A stretch of DNA of 64,000 bases from contig JBPOIC010000009.1 in assembly GCA_052034865.1 (NCBI GenBank), positions 2,016-66,015 of the forward strand, read 5' to 3'. Below are positions 9,558 through 18,843 of this stretch, in pieces; within the stretch, counting starts at the first letter, position 1; each line of letters starts with the position of its first letter. Below the pieces are notes generated by a model. That model searched no databases, had not been told where the DNA came from, and saw only the letters and a program-made list of their open reading frames with translations. The stretch is from Myxococcota bacterium. Lineage in GTDB: Bacteria > UBA10199 > JADFYH01. The position numbers were made by a program, and so were the translations under genes.

Positions 9558-10346
9558 ATGAGTCTACAGGCACTTTATGCGGCATCTACCGGCATGGAAG
9601 CCCAGATGACCCGCATCAACAATATCGCGAACAATATCTCAAACCTCAACACGACTGCTTTCAAGAGCTCTAGGGAAAGTTTTGAAGATCTCATGTACGA
9701 ACAGGTGCAAACCCCGGGGACGAGCAATGGTCAGAATACGGTAGCTCCCGTTGGAATTCAGCTTGGGCATGGAACCCATCTGACGGGCGTCTACAAGCAT
9801 TTTTCACAAGGTGAATTCGTACAGACCGATCGTGAGCTGGATATTGCGATTGAAGGGGGAGGGTTTTTGGAAGTCACTCAGGATAATGGGCAGAAAGCCT
9901 TTACCCGCGATGGAGGGCTCAGGATCAATTCCGAAGGGACCGTTGTCACAAATCAGGGACTGGCGATCTCTCCGAACCTCACCGTTCCTGTCAACGCGAC
10001 TTCCGTTAAAATTGCCAAGGATGGAACCGTGACGGCGGCAATTTCCGGAAGTACAGCACCTCAAGAATTGGGAACCTTGCAGCTTGTTGTTTTTACCAAC
10101 GAAGCGGGTCTGAAATCATTGGGCGGAAATCTTTATGAAGAGACTGTGGCATCAGGCAGTCCGACGACGACAAACGCGGGAGAGAATGGGGCCGGATTTT
10201 TTCAGCAGGGATTTCTAGAAAATTCCAATGTGAATCTTTCGGAGGAGCTGATTCAGATGATTGTGGCCCAGCGCAGCTACGAAGCGAATTCAAAAGTTTT
10301 GTCTACCGCCAGTGAGATGATGAAGTCATCGAACAATATTGTCTGA
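9558..10346 (+). CDS. flgG: Flagellar distal rod protein FlgG
   Basis: ALYAASTGMEAQMTRINNIANNISNLNTTAFK N-terminus and the conserved C-terminus NVNLSEELIQMIVAQRSYEANSKVLSTASEM. Confidence 0.9.
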   Translation: MSLQALYAASTGMEAQMTRINNIANNISNLNTTAFKSSRESFEDLMYEQVQTPGTSNGQNTVAPVGIQLGHGTHLTGVYKHFSQGEFVQTDRELDIAIEGGGFLEVTQDNGQKAFTRDGGLRINSEGTVVTNQGLAISPNLTVPVNATSVKIAKDGTVTAAISGSTAPQELGTLQLVVFTNEAGLKSLGGNLYEETVASGSPTTTNAGENGAGFFQQGFLENSNVNLSEELIQMIVAQRSYEANSKVLSTASEMMKSSNNIV

Positions 10347-10369
10347 TCGATGCTGCGAGAAAAAACCCT

Positions 10370-11314
10370 ATGAAGAATTTATTTTACAGATCTGGATTTT
10401 TCCTCCTCCTCTTTTTAGCGGGGTTTCATTCAGTTGCAGCAGGTGAGTTTTTTCAGCTGGGTTTTGTAGAAAGTGTTTCGAAACCCTTTAATCAAATCCG
10501 TCTCAAGGATGTCGTTGACCTTCAGAAAACCAGCCCGAATCTGGTGGAGAAATATGGCAGTCTTCCCATTCCTTCTTCTTCAGCAGAGCTGAAACCTTCT
10601 GAGGTTCTGCTGGCGCTTTCCAAGGCTGGTGTTTCCATTTCTCAAATTCAACTTGTTTCATCGGGCCAGAAAGGAATTCCCCTTGATGCCAGAAGTGTCG
10701 TGCTCCATCAGGTTCAGGATGAAATCGCGCGAGCGGTTTCTCAGGAAAATGGAGTACTTTCCACCGAGATTGAACTGGAATGGATCGATACCCCTGTTAG
10801 CTGTCCAGCTCCTTCCCAGTTTCAGCGTTTGACACTTGAAGGGCGCGCGCCTTCCTATCAGGTAGCGTTTATCAATGGGGAAGGACAAACAATCCAGCGT
10901 CTTCCCTTTCAGGCAAAGATTTCCATTCATACAACCGTCGTCATTCCCAAAAACAGAATCAATGCAGGAAATCCGGTGAGCCGTCAGGATTTTATCGAGG
11001 AAAAGCGTCAGCTTTTGGAGGCCAGGGACCTGGTTCATAGTTTAAGCGAGCTGAAAGAGGGAAGTTTCCAGCTCACTCAAAATCTGGAGAGTGGCGAGCC
11101 CATTAAAAAAACGATGTTTCAGAATATCACGGCTCCTCAAAAAGGAGCGGTCGTCAATCTCATTAAAAAGGATCCCCGCTTTCAGATTCAGACACTGGGC
11201 AGGATAAAAGAGGTTTTGAATGATGGCACCCTGGTGATCGTCGAAAATCTTGATTCGAAAAAGGAAGTGACCGCTCGTGTTCTTAATTCGAGTGAGGTGG
11301 AAATTGTTTACTGA
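10370..11314 (+). CDS. flgA: Flagellar P-ring assembly chaperone FlgA
   Basis: Signal peptide. SAF-like segment (NRINAGNPVSRQDFIEE). FlgA-like C-terminus (KEVLNDGTLVIVENLDSKKEVTARVLNSSEVEI). Position before flgH/flgI. Confidence 0.55.
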   Translation: MKNLFYRSGFFLLLFLAGFHSVAAGEFFQLGFVESVSKPFNQIRLKDVVDLQKTSPNLVEKYGSLPIPSSSAELKPSEVLLALSKAGVSISQIQLVSSGQKGIPLDARSVVLHQVQDEIARAVSQENGVLSTEIELEWIDTPVSCPAPSQFQRLTLEGRAPSYQVAFINGEGQTIQRLPFQAKISIHTTVVIPKNRINAGNPVSRQDFIEEKRQLLEARDLVHSLSELKEGSFQLTQNLESGEPIKKTMFQNITAPQKGAVVNLIKKDPRFQIQTLGRIKEVLNDGTLVIVENLDSKKEVTARVLNSSEVEIVY

Positions 11315-12059
11315 TCAAAAACTCAAAAACATATTGAGATTATTTTCTTTGCTGATCGCCCTGGGTTTCTCGATCGGATGCGGAATGCTGCCGACCAAGC
11401 CCCGACATAGTGCGCGCGATTTGGGAAGGACGCTGGGAGGACAGACCTATTTCAATAAAGACCAAACTGCTCCCACTCAAAAAATGGTCGAGGCCAAAAC
11501 CGGATCTTTGTGGGTGGATGGATACTCATCCCGCATTTATGAAAACATGCACCGTGCATCGCGGGTCGGAGATACGGTCATGATCGTGATTGCTGAAGAG
11601 TCCCACGGTAAAGATTCGGGAGGGACGAGTAGCGATAAAAAATCCGAAAACAGTTCCTCGATCAGCAGTCTGGGCGGAATTGTCGAAAAGATTCACAAGG
11701 CCATCAATCTGTTTGATCCCAGCAATCTTCTGGCATCCAAGACGGATACGAAATTTCAGGGCAAGGCCTCGACCGAACGCAAGAGTGAATTGTTTGCCAG
11801 GATTACTGGAACAATTATCGAAGTCTTGGGAAATGGCAATCTCGTGATAGAAGCCGAAAAGCGTATTCGGGTGAATAATGAAGAGCAGATCCTGATCGTG
11901 GAAGGAGTGATTCGTCCTTACGATATCCAGCCGGATAATACAGTTCTCTCGACCTCCATTGCTGATGCCCGCGTGAGCTATTCCGGCTTTGGCGTTGTGG
12001 CGGAAAAACAGCGTCCGGGCTGGTTGGCAAGAATTCTCGATTATGTCTGGCCTTTCTGA
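11277..12059 (+). CDS. flgH: Flagellar L-ring lipoprotein FlgH
   Basis: Lipobox LIALGFSIGCG. Conserved FlgH core (ITGTIIEVLGNGNLVIEAEKRIRVNNEEQILIVEGVIRPYDIQPDNTVLSTSIADARVSYSG). The track start overlaps flgA by 38 nt, so the true start may be a downstream non-ATG codon. Confidence 0.8.
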   Translation: MFLIRVRWKLFTDQKLKNILRLFSLLIALGFSIGCGMLPTKPRHSARDLGRTLGGQTYFNKDQTAPTQKMVEAKTGSLWVDGYSSRIYENMHRASRVGDTVMIVIAEESHGKDSGGTSSDKKSENSSSISSLGGIVEKIHKAINLFDPSNLLASKTDTKFQGKASTERKSELFARITGTIIEVLGNGNLVIEAEKRIRVNNEEQILIVEGVIRPYDIQPDNTVLSTSIADARVSYSGFGVVAEKQRPGWLARILDYVWPF

Positions 12060-12063
12060 TTTT

Positions 12064-13185
12064 ATGAAACGAAATTCAATTCACATTGGAACTCTGATTT
12101 TTCTCCTGGCGGTATCATTCGTGTTGCCTCTTTCTGTCTGGGCCTCACGCATTAAAGATATTTCCAATTTTAAAGGGGTTCGATCCAACCAGCTGATTGG
12201 CTATGGGCTAGTCGTGGGTCTGGATTCCTCCGGTGACAGTACGAGCTCGGATGTGGTGAAAAAATCTCTCGGAGAAGTGCTCACAAAAATGGGAGTCGGA
12301 GCGGATCCAACCCGTTTCCAGGCCAAAAACGTCGCTTCCGTGATGGTGACCGCAACACTACCGGCTTTTGCCAAGGCCGGCTCCAATATCGATGTCGTTG
12401 TTTCATCCATTGGGGATGCCAAAAGCCTGCAGGGTGGAACCTTGCTGATGACACCTTTACGTGCTGCCAATCAGGAAATCTATGCAGTCGCTCAAGGCCC
12501 CATTTCGGTAGGAGGCTACCAGGCCGAATCCCCGGTGGGAGGTTCGAGTGTGAAGAGCAACCATCAGACTGTCGCCAAGATCAGTAATGGGGCGATTGTT
12601 GAGAAAGAAGTGGATTTCGGTCTTTCAAATTCTCAATCCCTTTCGCTTTCACTCAATGAACCGGATTTTACGACCTCTTACCGTATCGCCCAGAAAATCA
12701 ATCAGGCCCTTAATGGTAGTTATGCCAGTGCGGTCGATTCAGGATCGGTAAGCATTCAGATTCCTCCAGATTATCAAGCCCAGGTAACGACTTTGATTGC
12801 GAAGCTTGAGACATTGGAAATCCAGCCCGACATGGCGGCCAAAGTCATCCTGAATGAAAGAACAGGAACCGTCGTGATGGGCGAAAACGTGCGAATTGCC
12901 ACCGTGGCGGTCTCTCATGGAAATCTGAATATCCGGATTGATCAGAGCTACGGAGTGTCTCAACCCAATACGCTTGGCGCAGGCCAAACAGTTGTCACGC
13001 CGCAAACGGAATTTTTTGTAAACGATGATCAGCAACGCAAACTCGTCCTGATTCCTCAGGGGGTGAGTATCGGAGAGATTGTACGTGCCCTGAATGCCAT
13101 GGGAGTGACGGCACGGGATCTCATCTCAGTGCTCCAGGCCATCAAGGCTGCTGGGGCGCTACAGGGAGAGTTGGTGCTGATTTAG
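12064..13185 (+). CDS. flgI: Flagellar P-ring protein FlgI
   Basis: Signal peptide MKRNSIHIGTLIFLLAVSFVLPLSVWA, then RIKDISNFKGVRSNQLIGYGLVVGLDSSGD. I chose the ATG at 12064 just after the flgH stop in preference to the longer track ORF. Confidence 0.85.
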   Translation: MKRNSIHIGTLIFLLAVSFVLPLSVWASRIKDISNFKGVRSNQLIGYGLVVGLDSSGDSTSSDVVKKSLGEVLTKMGVGADPTRFQAKNVASVMVTATLPAFAKAGSNIDVVVSSIGDAKSLQGGTLLMTPLRAANQEIYAVAQGPISVGGYQAESPVGGSSVKSNHQTVAKISNGAIVEKEVDFGLSNSQSLSLSLNEPDFTTSYRIAQKINQALNGSYASAVDSGSVSIQIPPDYQAQVTTLIAKLETLEIQPDMAAKVILNERTGTVVMGENVRIATVAVSHGNLNIRIDQSYGVSQPNTLGAGQTVVTPQTEFFVNDDQQRKLVLIPQGVSIGEIVRALNAMGVTARDLISVLQAIKAAGALQGELVLI

Positions 13186-13223
13186 GAGATTTTGGACTCT
13201 TAAGGTTTTTTAAGGAATAAATC

Positions 13224-13991
13224 ATGATCCACATGGATACCATCGATACGACAATGCTTTCCGGTGCGCCGATAAATATGGAGGGGAGTTCCGAAAAAAA
13301 TCGAACTCCCGAGCAGGATGCCCAGGCCGCAAAAAAATTTGAGGCTTTTTTTATGGGATATGCCTTTCAGAAGGCCTACGAAGCGATTCCGAAATCCGAT
13401 CTTTTTGGAGAAAGGATGAACGGCGAAGTCTACCAAGGATTGTTGATTCAAAGTCTTTCGGATCAGGTTCTTCAGTCGCCTCAGGGAGTGAGACTTCATC
13501 AGCAAATCCTTTCTCCTTCTTCCCTAGGATATGGGGGACCTGCAAAATTGCCTGAGGTGACACTGGGAGAATCCTGGGAGAATACACCTCCGAATTTTTC
13601 CCTGGCTTTATCGCCGGAGCTGTTGACCTCAAAATATGGATTTCGAAAGGATCCTATCGAAAAAAATGAACGGTTTCATGGAGGAGTGGATTTTGCGGTC
13701 TCTCCTCGTACACCGATTCGATCTGCGGGAGAGGGAGTAGTGGTATTTAGTGGCAGTAAAGGAGGGTATGGAAATACGGTGATCATTCAGCATGGAAATG
13801 AGTACAGCACCCTGTATGCCCACAATGATGAGACCGTCGTTAAGGTAGGTCAGAAAGTTCATCAGGGAGACCTGATTGCCTATTCTGGCAATACAGGGCG
13901 ATCGACTGGACCTCATTTGCATTTTGAGGTGCGAAAAGGTGGAAAAACCGTGAATCCCCAGGAACATGCTTATTTTTCAGAAAAAATTTAA
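13224..13991 (+). CDS. flgJ: FlgJ-like rod-binding domain fused to an M23 (LytM-type) metallo-endopeptidase
   Basis: N-terminal Rod_bind-like segment (AAKKFEAFFMGYAFQKAYEAIPKSDLFGERMNGEVYQGLLIQSLSDQ). C-terminal M23 motifs HGGVDFA...GYGNTVIIQHGNEYSTLYAH...GNTGRSTGPHLHFEV. Confidence 0.7.
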   Translation: MIHMDTIDTTMLSGAPINMEGSSEKNRTPEQDAQAAKKFEAFFMGYAFQKAYEAIPKSDLFGERMNGEVYQGLLIQSLSDQVLQSPQGVRLHQQILSPSSLGYGGPAKLPEVTLGESWENTPPNFSLALSPELLTSKYGFRKDPIEKNERFHGGVDFAVSPRTPIRSAGEGVVVFSGSKGGYGNTVIIQHGNEYSTLYAHNDETVVKVGQKVHQGDLIAYSGNTGRSTGPHLHFEVRKGGKTVNPQEHAYFSEKI

Positions 13992-14080
13992 GTTCTTAGA
14001 AAGACATGCCGTTATACTCAATGGAATGGAGCGTTTTATCCTGTTTCGAAAGGTTCGGATCAGGACAAAAGGAGATGCAT

Positions 14081-14365
14081 ATGAAAATAAACGACTCAAA
14101 TCGGTTGAGGGGAGACGGCATCAAGGTTCAAAAATCGGACCGGGGCTCACAACTGGCCAAGCAGGGAAGTGTCGCGGCAGGTTCAAAAGACCACGTGGCC
14201 ATTTCCAGCACCAGCCAGCAGGTCCAGGGCTTCCATCAGGAATATCGCCAGCTTCAGGCTTTGGATATGGACAAGCTGAAAGATCAGATCCAGTCCGGGC
14301 AATATCATCCGGATCCAAAGGAGATAGCCTCTGCGATGATGGAATATTTCAACCAACAAGTTTAA
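14081..14365 (+). CDS. flgM: Anti-sigma-28 factor FlgM
   Basis: About 94 aa from the internal ATG preceded by AGGAG. FlgM-like C-terminus (LKDQIQSGQYHPDPKEIASAMMEYF). Followed by a flgN-like gene and flgK. Confidence 0.65.
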   Translation: MKINDSNRLRGDGIKVQKSDRGSQLAKQGSVAAGSKDHVAISSTSQQVQGFHQEYRQLQALDMDKLKDQIQSGQYHPDPKEIASAMMEYFNQQV

Positions 14366-14377
14366 GGACCCACATCC

Positions 14378-14884
14378 ATGGAACTCTTACTTCAACACCT
14401 CGAAAGCAATCTGGATGCCTTGATGGAGTCTTTGAATGCGCTGGTAGAAGATTTGCGCCTGGAGCGTGAAGCGATCATCGAATTCAACCTGAAAAGAATC
14501 CAGGAAGCCTATCAGCACAAACACAAGACACTATTACGCATCAAGTCACTTGAAAATATCAGGCAGGCCATGATCCAGAAGATTAAAGAGGAACTTCTGG
14601 AGGTTGAAAGCGCGCCGATTGAATCGGTACTGAATCGCATTACGAATGCAGAGCAGGCAGAGCGCATTCGTGATCGGTTTTCCTGTATCCGATCAATGGC
14701 CCAGGCTGCTCAGGAGTTCAATGAGAACCAGCGGCAGTACCTTGTGCGCTCCCTCCGATCTGTCCAATCTTCGCTCTCCCTTCTGGAAAGCATTCAAGGC
14801 CGTAGCCACCTTCACTGTTATAATGACCAGGGATATATGCAGTCGGGCCTTGAATTTCAGACCGAGTTCAACCTCAATCTGTAA
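14378..14884 (+). CDS. flgN: FlgN-like flagellar chaperone
   Basis: 168 aa helical protein between flgM and flgK (the canonical flgM-flgN-flgK arrangement). No strong sequence motif. Confidence 0.4.
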   Translation: MELLLQHLESNLDALMESLNALVEDLRLEREAIIEFNLKRIQEAYQHKHKTLLRIKSLENIRQAMIQKIKEELLEVESAPIESVLNRITNAEQAERIRDRFSCIRSMAQAAQEFNENQRQYLVRSLRSVQSSLSLLESIQGRSHLHCYNDQGYMQSGLEFQTEFNLNL

Positions 14885-14918
14885 TTCCTGATAGCCCATT
14901 TTCTCTCCTTAAAAAGCT

Positions 14919-16325
14919 ATGGCGAGTAATTTTACGATATTCGAATCGGCCGTCAGCGCTTTGGGTGCAAACAGCCAGGCCCTAAGCGTTGCCTCCCAAA
15001 ACATCGCGAACGTGAATACGCCCGGGTATTCACGTGAACGCATTTTGCTCCGTTCTGCCCAATCGCAGGTTATCGGTGGAATCGAGCTGGGACGCGGTGT
15101 TGAAGTTCGCGATGTCCAACGCATTTATGATCAGTTCACGGAGCTGAATCTCATGAATGCAGGCAGCTCTTCGCAGGAGCAGGACGTCGTTGCCCAGAGT
15201 CTAAAGCAGGTGGAAACCCTTTTTAATGAAGTGGGAACCGAAGGACTTTCATCTTTTGTTACCAATTTTCTGAATTCTTTTCAGGATTTGGCCGGAGATC
15301 CAGAATCGATCACAGTGCGGCAGAATGTTTTGAACAAGGCAGGGATTGTCATCGATCGATTTAATACCCTTTCTCAGGGTCTAAAAGACATCCGCGAGTC
15401 TATTGATGGTCAGATCAAAGACCGGGTGAATAAAATCAACAGCATTGCCGAGGAATTGTATGAGTTGAATGGAAAAATCATTTCCTCCTCTGGAAGTGCT
15501 TTGACACTGCGTGATCAGCGTAACGTCAAATTGCGTGAATTGGCGGAGTTGACTGACGTCACGGCAATCGACAATAGCGACGGAAATTTTCAGGTTTATA
15601 TTGCGGGTGGAATGCTGCTTGTAAACAACAAGGGCCTGGCCACACTTTCGACCAGCGTCGATAATAACAACTCGGGCCTTTCCAGAATTTACTTCCAGGT
15701 CGGATCCGGTCAGGCCGCGGATATTACCGATCAGTTCAGCACAGGAGCAATCAAGGGTTTTCTGGGAGTGCGTGATACTACCGTGCCCGGTTATCAAACG
15801 ACTCTCAATGAATTTGCCTATGAGCTGGCGACCGAAGTCAATTCCCTCCATCAGGTAGGCTTTGACCTGAATGGAAATACGGGAAATCGTTTCTTTACCA
15901 ATCTGACCAGTGCAACCGATGCCGCAGCCATTATCGATTTTGACGGTGCGGTCTTAAACTCTCCCAATGCCATTGCTGCAAGTGATACACTGGCATCGAT
16001 TCCTGGAGGCAACGCCAATGCCTTGAGTATTGCATCTTTACAGAGTGCGGCGATCACATTTACGACAAGCACGACGACTTTCACTTCATTCTATGGAGAT
16101 TATCTTGCCGAGGTCGGTAGTGACAGCGCCAATGCAAGAAACCTCGCCGAATTTTCCAAAAACATCTTAAACCAGGCAGAAGTCCAGCGCGAGCAGGTTT
16201 CCGGCGTATCTCTCGATGAAGAACAGGTGAATCTGATTCGGTATCAGGCAGCCTTTCAGGCGGCCTCAAAACTGGTTTCGGTTGCAAATAATCTTCTCGA
16301 TCTTCTGGTGAGATTGGGAGAGTAA
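14919..16325 (+). CDS. flgK: Hook-associated protein 1 FlgK
   Basis: N-terminal ANSQALSVASQNIANVNTPGYSRE and C-terminal LIRYQAAFQAASKLVSVANNLLDLL rod/hook-family termini. 468 aa. Confidence 0.85.
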   Translation: MASNFTIFESAVSALGANSQALSVASQNIANVNTPGYSRERILLRSAQSQVIGGIELGRGVEVRDVQRIYDQFTELNLMNAGSSSQEQDVVAQSLKQVETLFNEVGTEGLSSFVTNFLNSFQDLAGDPESITVRQNVLNKAGIVIDRFNTLSQGLKDIRESIDGQIKDRVNKINSIAEELYELNGKIISSSGSALTLRDQRNVKLRELAELTDVTAIDNSDGNFQVYIAGGMLLVNNKGLATLSTSVDNNNSGLSRIYFQVGSGQAADITDQFSTGAIKGFLGVRDTTVPGYQTTLNEFAYELATEVNSLHQVGFDLNGNTGNRFFTNLTSATDAAAIIDFDGAVLNSPNAIAASDTLASIPGGNANALSIASLQSAAITFTTSTTTFTSFYGDYLAEVGSDSANARNLAEFSKNILNQAEVQREQVSGVSLDEEQVNLIRYQAAFQAASKLVSVANNLLDLLVRLGE

Positions 16326-16373
16326 ATGTAAGGATGATTAAAAGAAAACTTACAGACATTTAAGATAGAATTT

Positions 16374-17273
16374 ATGCCAATTGCCAGGATCACATACAGT
16401 GCCCAGCAGCTTCTGATCCAGAACAACATGACACGCGTTCAGGAGCATTATCAGGCTGCTTTTGGCCCTGCGACCAGCGGAAAACGGGTCAATACGATTT
16501 CGGACGATCCCTCCAATATTTCCCATCTCTTTTCCCTGAGAAACCGTGTGAAGGAGAGCGAACAATATCAAAGCAGCGTTTCGAATGCGCGTTTGAGACT
16601 CACCTATACCGATTCGCGACTCGGCGAGGCGCACGATACAATTCAACGTATTATTGATGTCGGTATGCAGGGAAATGATGCTTCCATTACGGGATCACTG
16701 CGCACTCAACTGGCACAGCAGATTACAGATTTGAAAACAGAACTTCTTTCGCATGCAAATTCCCAGTTTGAAAGCCGCTATATCTTTGCAGGAACGGCCA
16801 CGAGTACCAAACCATTTGCAGGAACCCCAGTGGCTTTTGCGGGAAACAGCACAATTATCAGTATTCAGGCGAATACGTCGGTTCAAATAGATCTGAATCT
16901 GGATGGAGATGCCATCTTCACAGGAGCTGGGGGTGGTCAGGATATTTTTTCGGCAATCGATGCGCTTTCAACCGCTGTGGGTACGGCGAATTCCTCGGCA
17001 ATTTCAACGGCTCTGGATCAGTTGAAAACGGGTCTGGAACAGGTTGATTCTGCCCGAGCGACGGTCGGTATCCGGCAGCAGCAGATCGATGCGATCGACA
17101 GTGCCTTGAGCGAAGATCGGATCAGTATTCTGGATCAGCTCTCCAAAATTGAGGAAGTGAGCATTGATGAAGCCCTCACCCAATTGACCGTTCGTGAAAC
17201 GGCCTTAAAGCTCGTTTTTTCTAGTTCTTCAAGAGTGTTATCGGTTTTGGGTGGACTGACCCTGCAAGTCTAA
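16374..17273 (+). CDS. flgL: Hook-associated protein 3 FlgL
   Basis: Flagellin-family N-terminal and C-terminal helices (RLGEAHDTIQRIIDVGMQ...EALTQLTVRETALK). Position after flgK. 299 aa. Confidence 0.75.
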   Translation: MPIARITYSAQQLLIQNNMTRVQEHYQAAFGPATSGKRVNTISDDPSNISHLFSLRNRVKESEQYQSSVSNARLRLTYTDSRLGEAHDTIQRIIDVGMQGNDASITGSLRTQLAQQITDLKTELLSHANSQFESRYIFAGTATSTKPFAGTPVAFAGNSTIISIQANTSVQIDLNLDGDAIFTGAGGGQDIFSAIDALSTAVGTANSSAISTALDQLKTGLEQVDSARATVGIRQQQIDAIDSALSEDRISILDQLSKIEEVSIDEALTQLTVRETALKLVFSSSSRVLSVLGGLTLQV

Positions 17274-17285
17274 TCTTTTTATCCC

Positions 17286-17813
17286 ATGCATACGATGACG
17301 GATTATATCTCCATTCATCGCAGTCATCCCGGTTATCCTGAGTGGAAAACCGATTTGCATTGGATGAGTGATGCCTATCTGAAGGCCCTGGAAGAGGAAA
17401 TTCTCACCAATCCTGCACGGTCCTTTCGCAGAATAGATCCTTCAAAAAAATATCAGGTGATTGAGCTTTTTGAAGGTCTTCTTTTACAAACAGATCAAAG
17501 CTGCTTACAGATCGCCTGTTTCAAAGACAAACGCATTGGCTATTTTCTCGGAATGATCAAAAACTGTATCGCAGAGATTCCTCCCCGTATCGGATACGTC
17601 AATGGGCTCTATATCGAACCCCAGTATCGTAACCAGGGCATTGGACAAAAACTTCTGGATCAGGGCAAGTCCTGGTTTCAGGAAAAAAAATTACCGCTTG
17701 CGGAGCTGTATCTTTCCGCAGGGAACGGGCCTGGTGAAAGATTCTGGCTGAGAAACGGCTATCAGAAAACAGAATCAGTTCTGTTATGTCCTCTTCCTCC
17801 CCCCACATCCTGA
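17286..17813 (+). CDS. GNAT-family N-acetyltransferase (candidate PseH-like acetyltransferase)
   Basis: GNAT acetyl-CoA motif region (IEPQYRNQGIGQKLLDQGKSWF). 175 aa. Embedded between flgL and motA. Confidence 0.55.
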   Translation: MHTMTDYISIHRSHPGYPEWKTDLHWMSDAYLKALEEEILTNPARSFRRIDPSKKYQVIELFEGLLLQTDQSCLQIACFKDKRIGYFLGMIKNCIAEIPPRIGYVNGLYIEPQYRNQGIGQKLLDQGKSWFQEKKLPLAELYLSAGNGPGERFWLRNGYQKTESVLLCPLPPPTS

Positions 17814-18041
17814 CCCTCTTTTTTTAGGAACTAATCCTTTAGATTCAGCCCAGAATACCGTTCGAAGTAAGAGGATCCCTGTCGATTTCCTTTTTCCGTG
17901 CGTGTGCACAGGCAAAAGTGAAAATCCTGTGAGATCTTTTCGACTCTTTGTGGTTCCTGTTAGCCCATGTCATGAGAGATAAATAGGATCCGCAGTGAGG
18001 GCCTTCAGAACGCTTAAACCCTGATTTTCCTGGGAGCCTTT

Positions 18042-18833
18042 ATGGACTTAGCGACAGTTGCTGGTCTGGTACTTGCGCTGATTGGTATCGTTGGCGGTCT
18101 CGTCCTGGAAGGTGGGAGTGTTCTCCAGATTCTGAAACCCACGGCCGCCCTGATCGTGTTGGGTGGAACCATCGGTGCGACGATGATCAGCTTCCCGATG
18201 GATATCTTCATGCAGGCCATGAAGAATTTTATGGGGCTGTTTTTTCCCAAATCCCTCAATGGTGAAAAAATCATTGAAGAGATTGTGCAGCTTGCCGTGA
18301 AGGCCCGTAAAGAAGGGGTCGTGGCTCTCGAAGGAGATGCCAAAAATATTACGGAGCCCTTCTTTAAGAAGGCAGTCATGATGGCAGTCGATGGCGCTGA
18401 TCCGAAAGAGCTTAAAAAAACCCTCGAAATGCAACTGAATTATCTCGATGAAGAAGCAGCCCGTGTTCCAAAAGTGTGGGAGTCGGCTGGAGGTTATGCA
18501 CCTACAGTTGGAATTATCGGAGCGGTCATGGGGCTCATCCAGGTTATGCAGCACCTCGATAATATCGAAGAGGTTGGTCACGGTATTGCAACCGCTTTCG
18601 TTGCAACAATTTATGGAGTTGGTTTTGCCAATATTATCTTTTTGCCTGCCGCGGGAAAACTGACTCTCACCCATAAGCGCAATATGGTCGTGAAAGAAAT
18701 GATTCTGGAAGGGATTCTTCTGATTATCGAAGGCGTGAATCCACGTATCATTCAGGATAAATTATCCATCTTCTTTGGCGAGCGTCTGACAGCGGTCAAA
18801 GACGCCCAGGCTCCTGCGGAAAAGGCGGCCTGA
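18042..18833 (+). CDS. motA: Flagellar stator protein MotA
   Basis: Four TM segments and a conserved MotA/TolQ/ExbB core (AGGYAPTVGIIGAVMGLIQVM...TAFVATIYGVGFANIIFLP). Confidence 0.85.
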   Translation: MDLATVAGLVLALIGIVGGLVLEGGSVLQILKPTAALIVLGGTIGATMISFPMDIFMQAMKNFMGLFFPKSLNGEKIIEEIVQLAVKARKEGVVALEGDAKNITEPFFKKAVMMAVDGADPKELKKTLEMQLNYLDEEAARVPKVWESAGGYAPTVGIIGAVMGLIQVMQHLDNIEEVGHGIATAFVATIYGVGFANIIFLPAAGKLTLTHKRNMVVKEMILEGILLIIEGVNPRIIQDKLSIFFGERLTAVKDAQAPAEKAA

Positions 18834-18843
18834 GGACAGCATC

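Noticed and set aside
11277-11314. 38-nt overlap between flgA and flgH suggesting a frameshift or fusion
   Set aside because: The two proteins are in different frames and each has complete domain content; more likely flgH uses an unannotated downstream start.
13266-13273. Exact GCCGATAA (sigma-28 -10 consensus) at the 5' end of flgJ
   Set aside because: No TAAA-like -35 element at the required 15-nt spacing, and it lies inside the coding sequence just after the start codon; most likely coincidental.
17814-18041. Search for sigma-28 or sigma-54 promoter upstream of motA
   Set aside because: Only partial matches (for example TGGTTCCTGTTAGCC with wrong spacing, TAAG...TCGAT); none good enough to call.
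18048-18674. 208-aa antisense ORF inside motA (and similar long antisense ORFs inside fliI 34292-34903, fliO 42722-43159, flhA region, the sigma-54 EBP 4271-4735, etc.)
   Set aside because: Each fully overlaps a gene with strong family signatures on the other strand and has no recognisable motifs; these are shadow ORFs.
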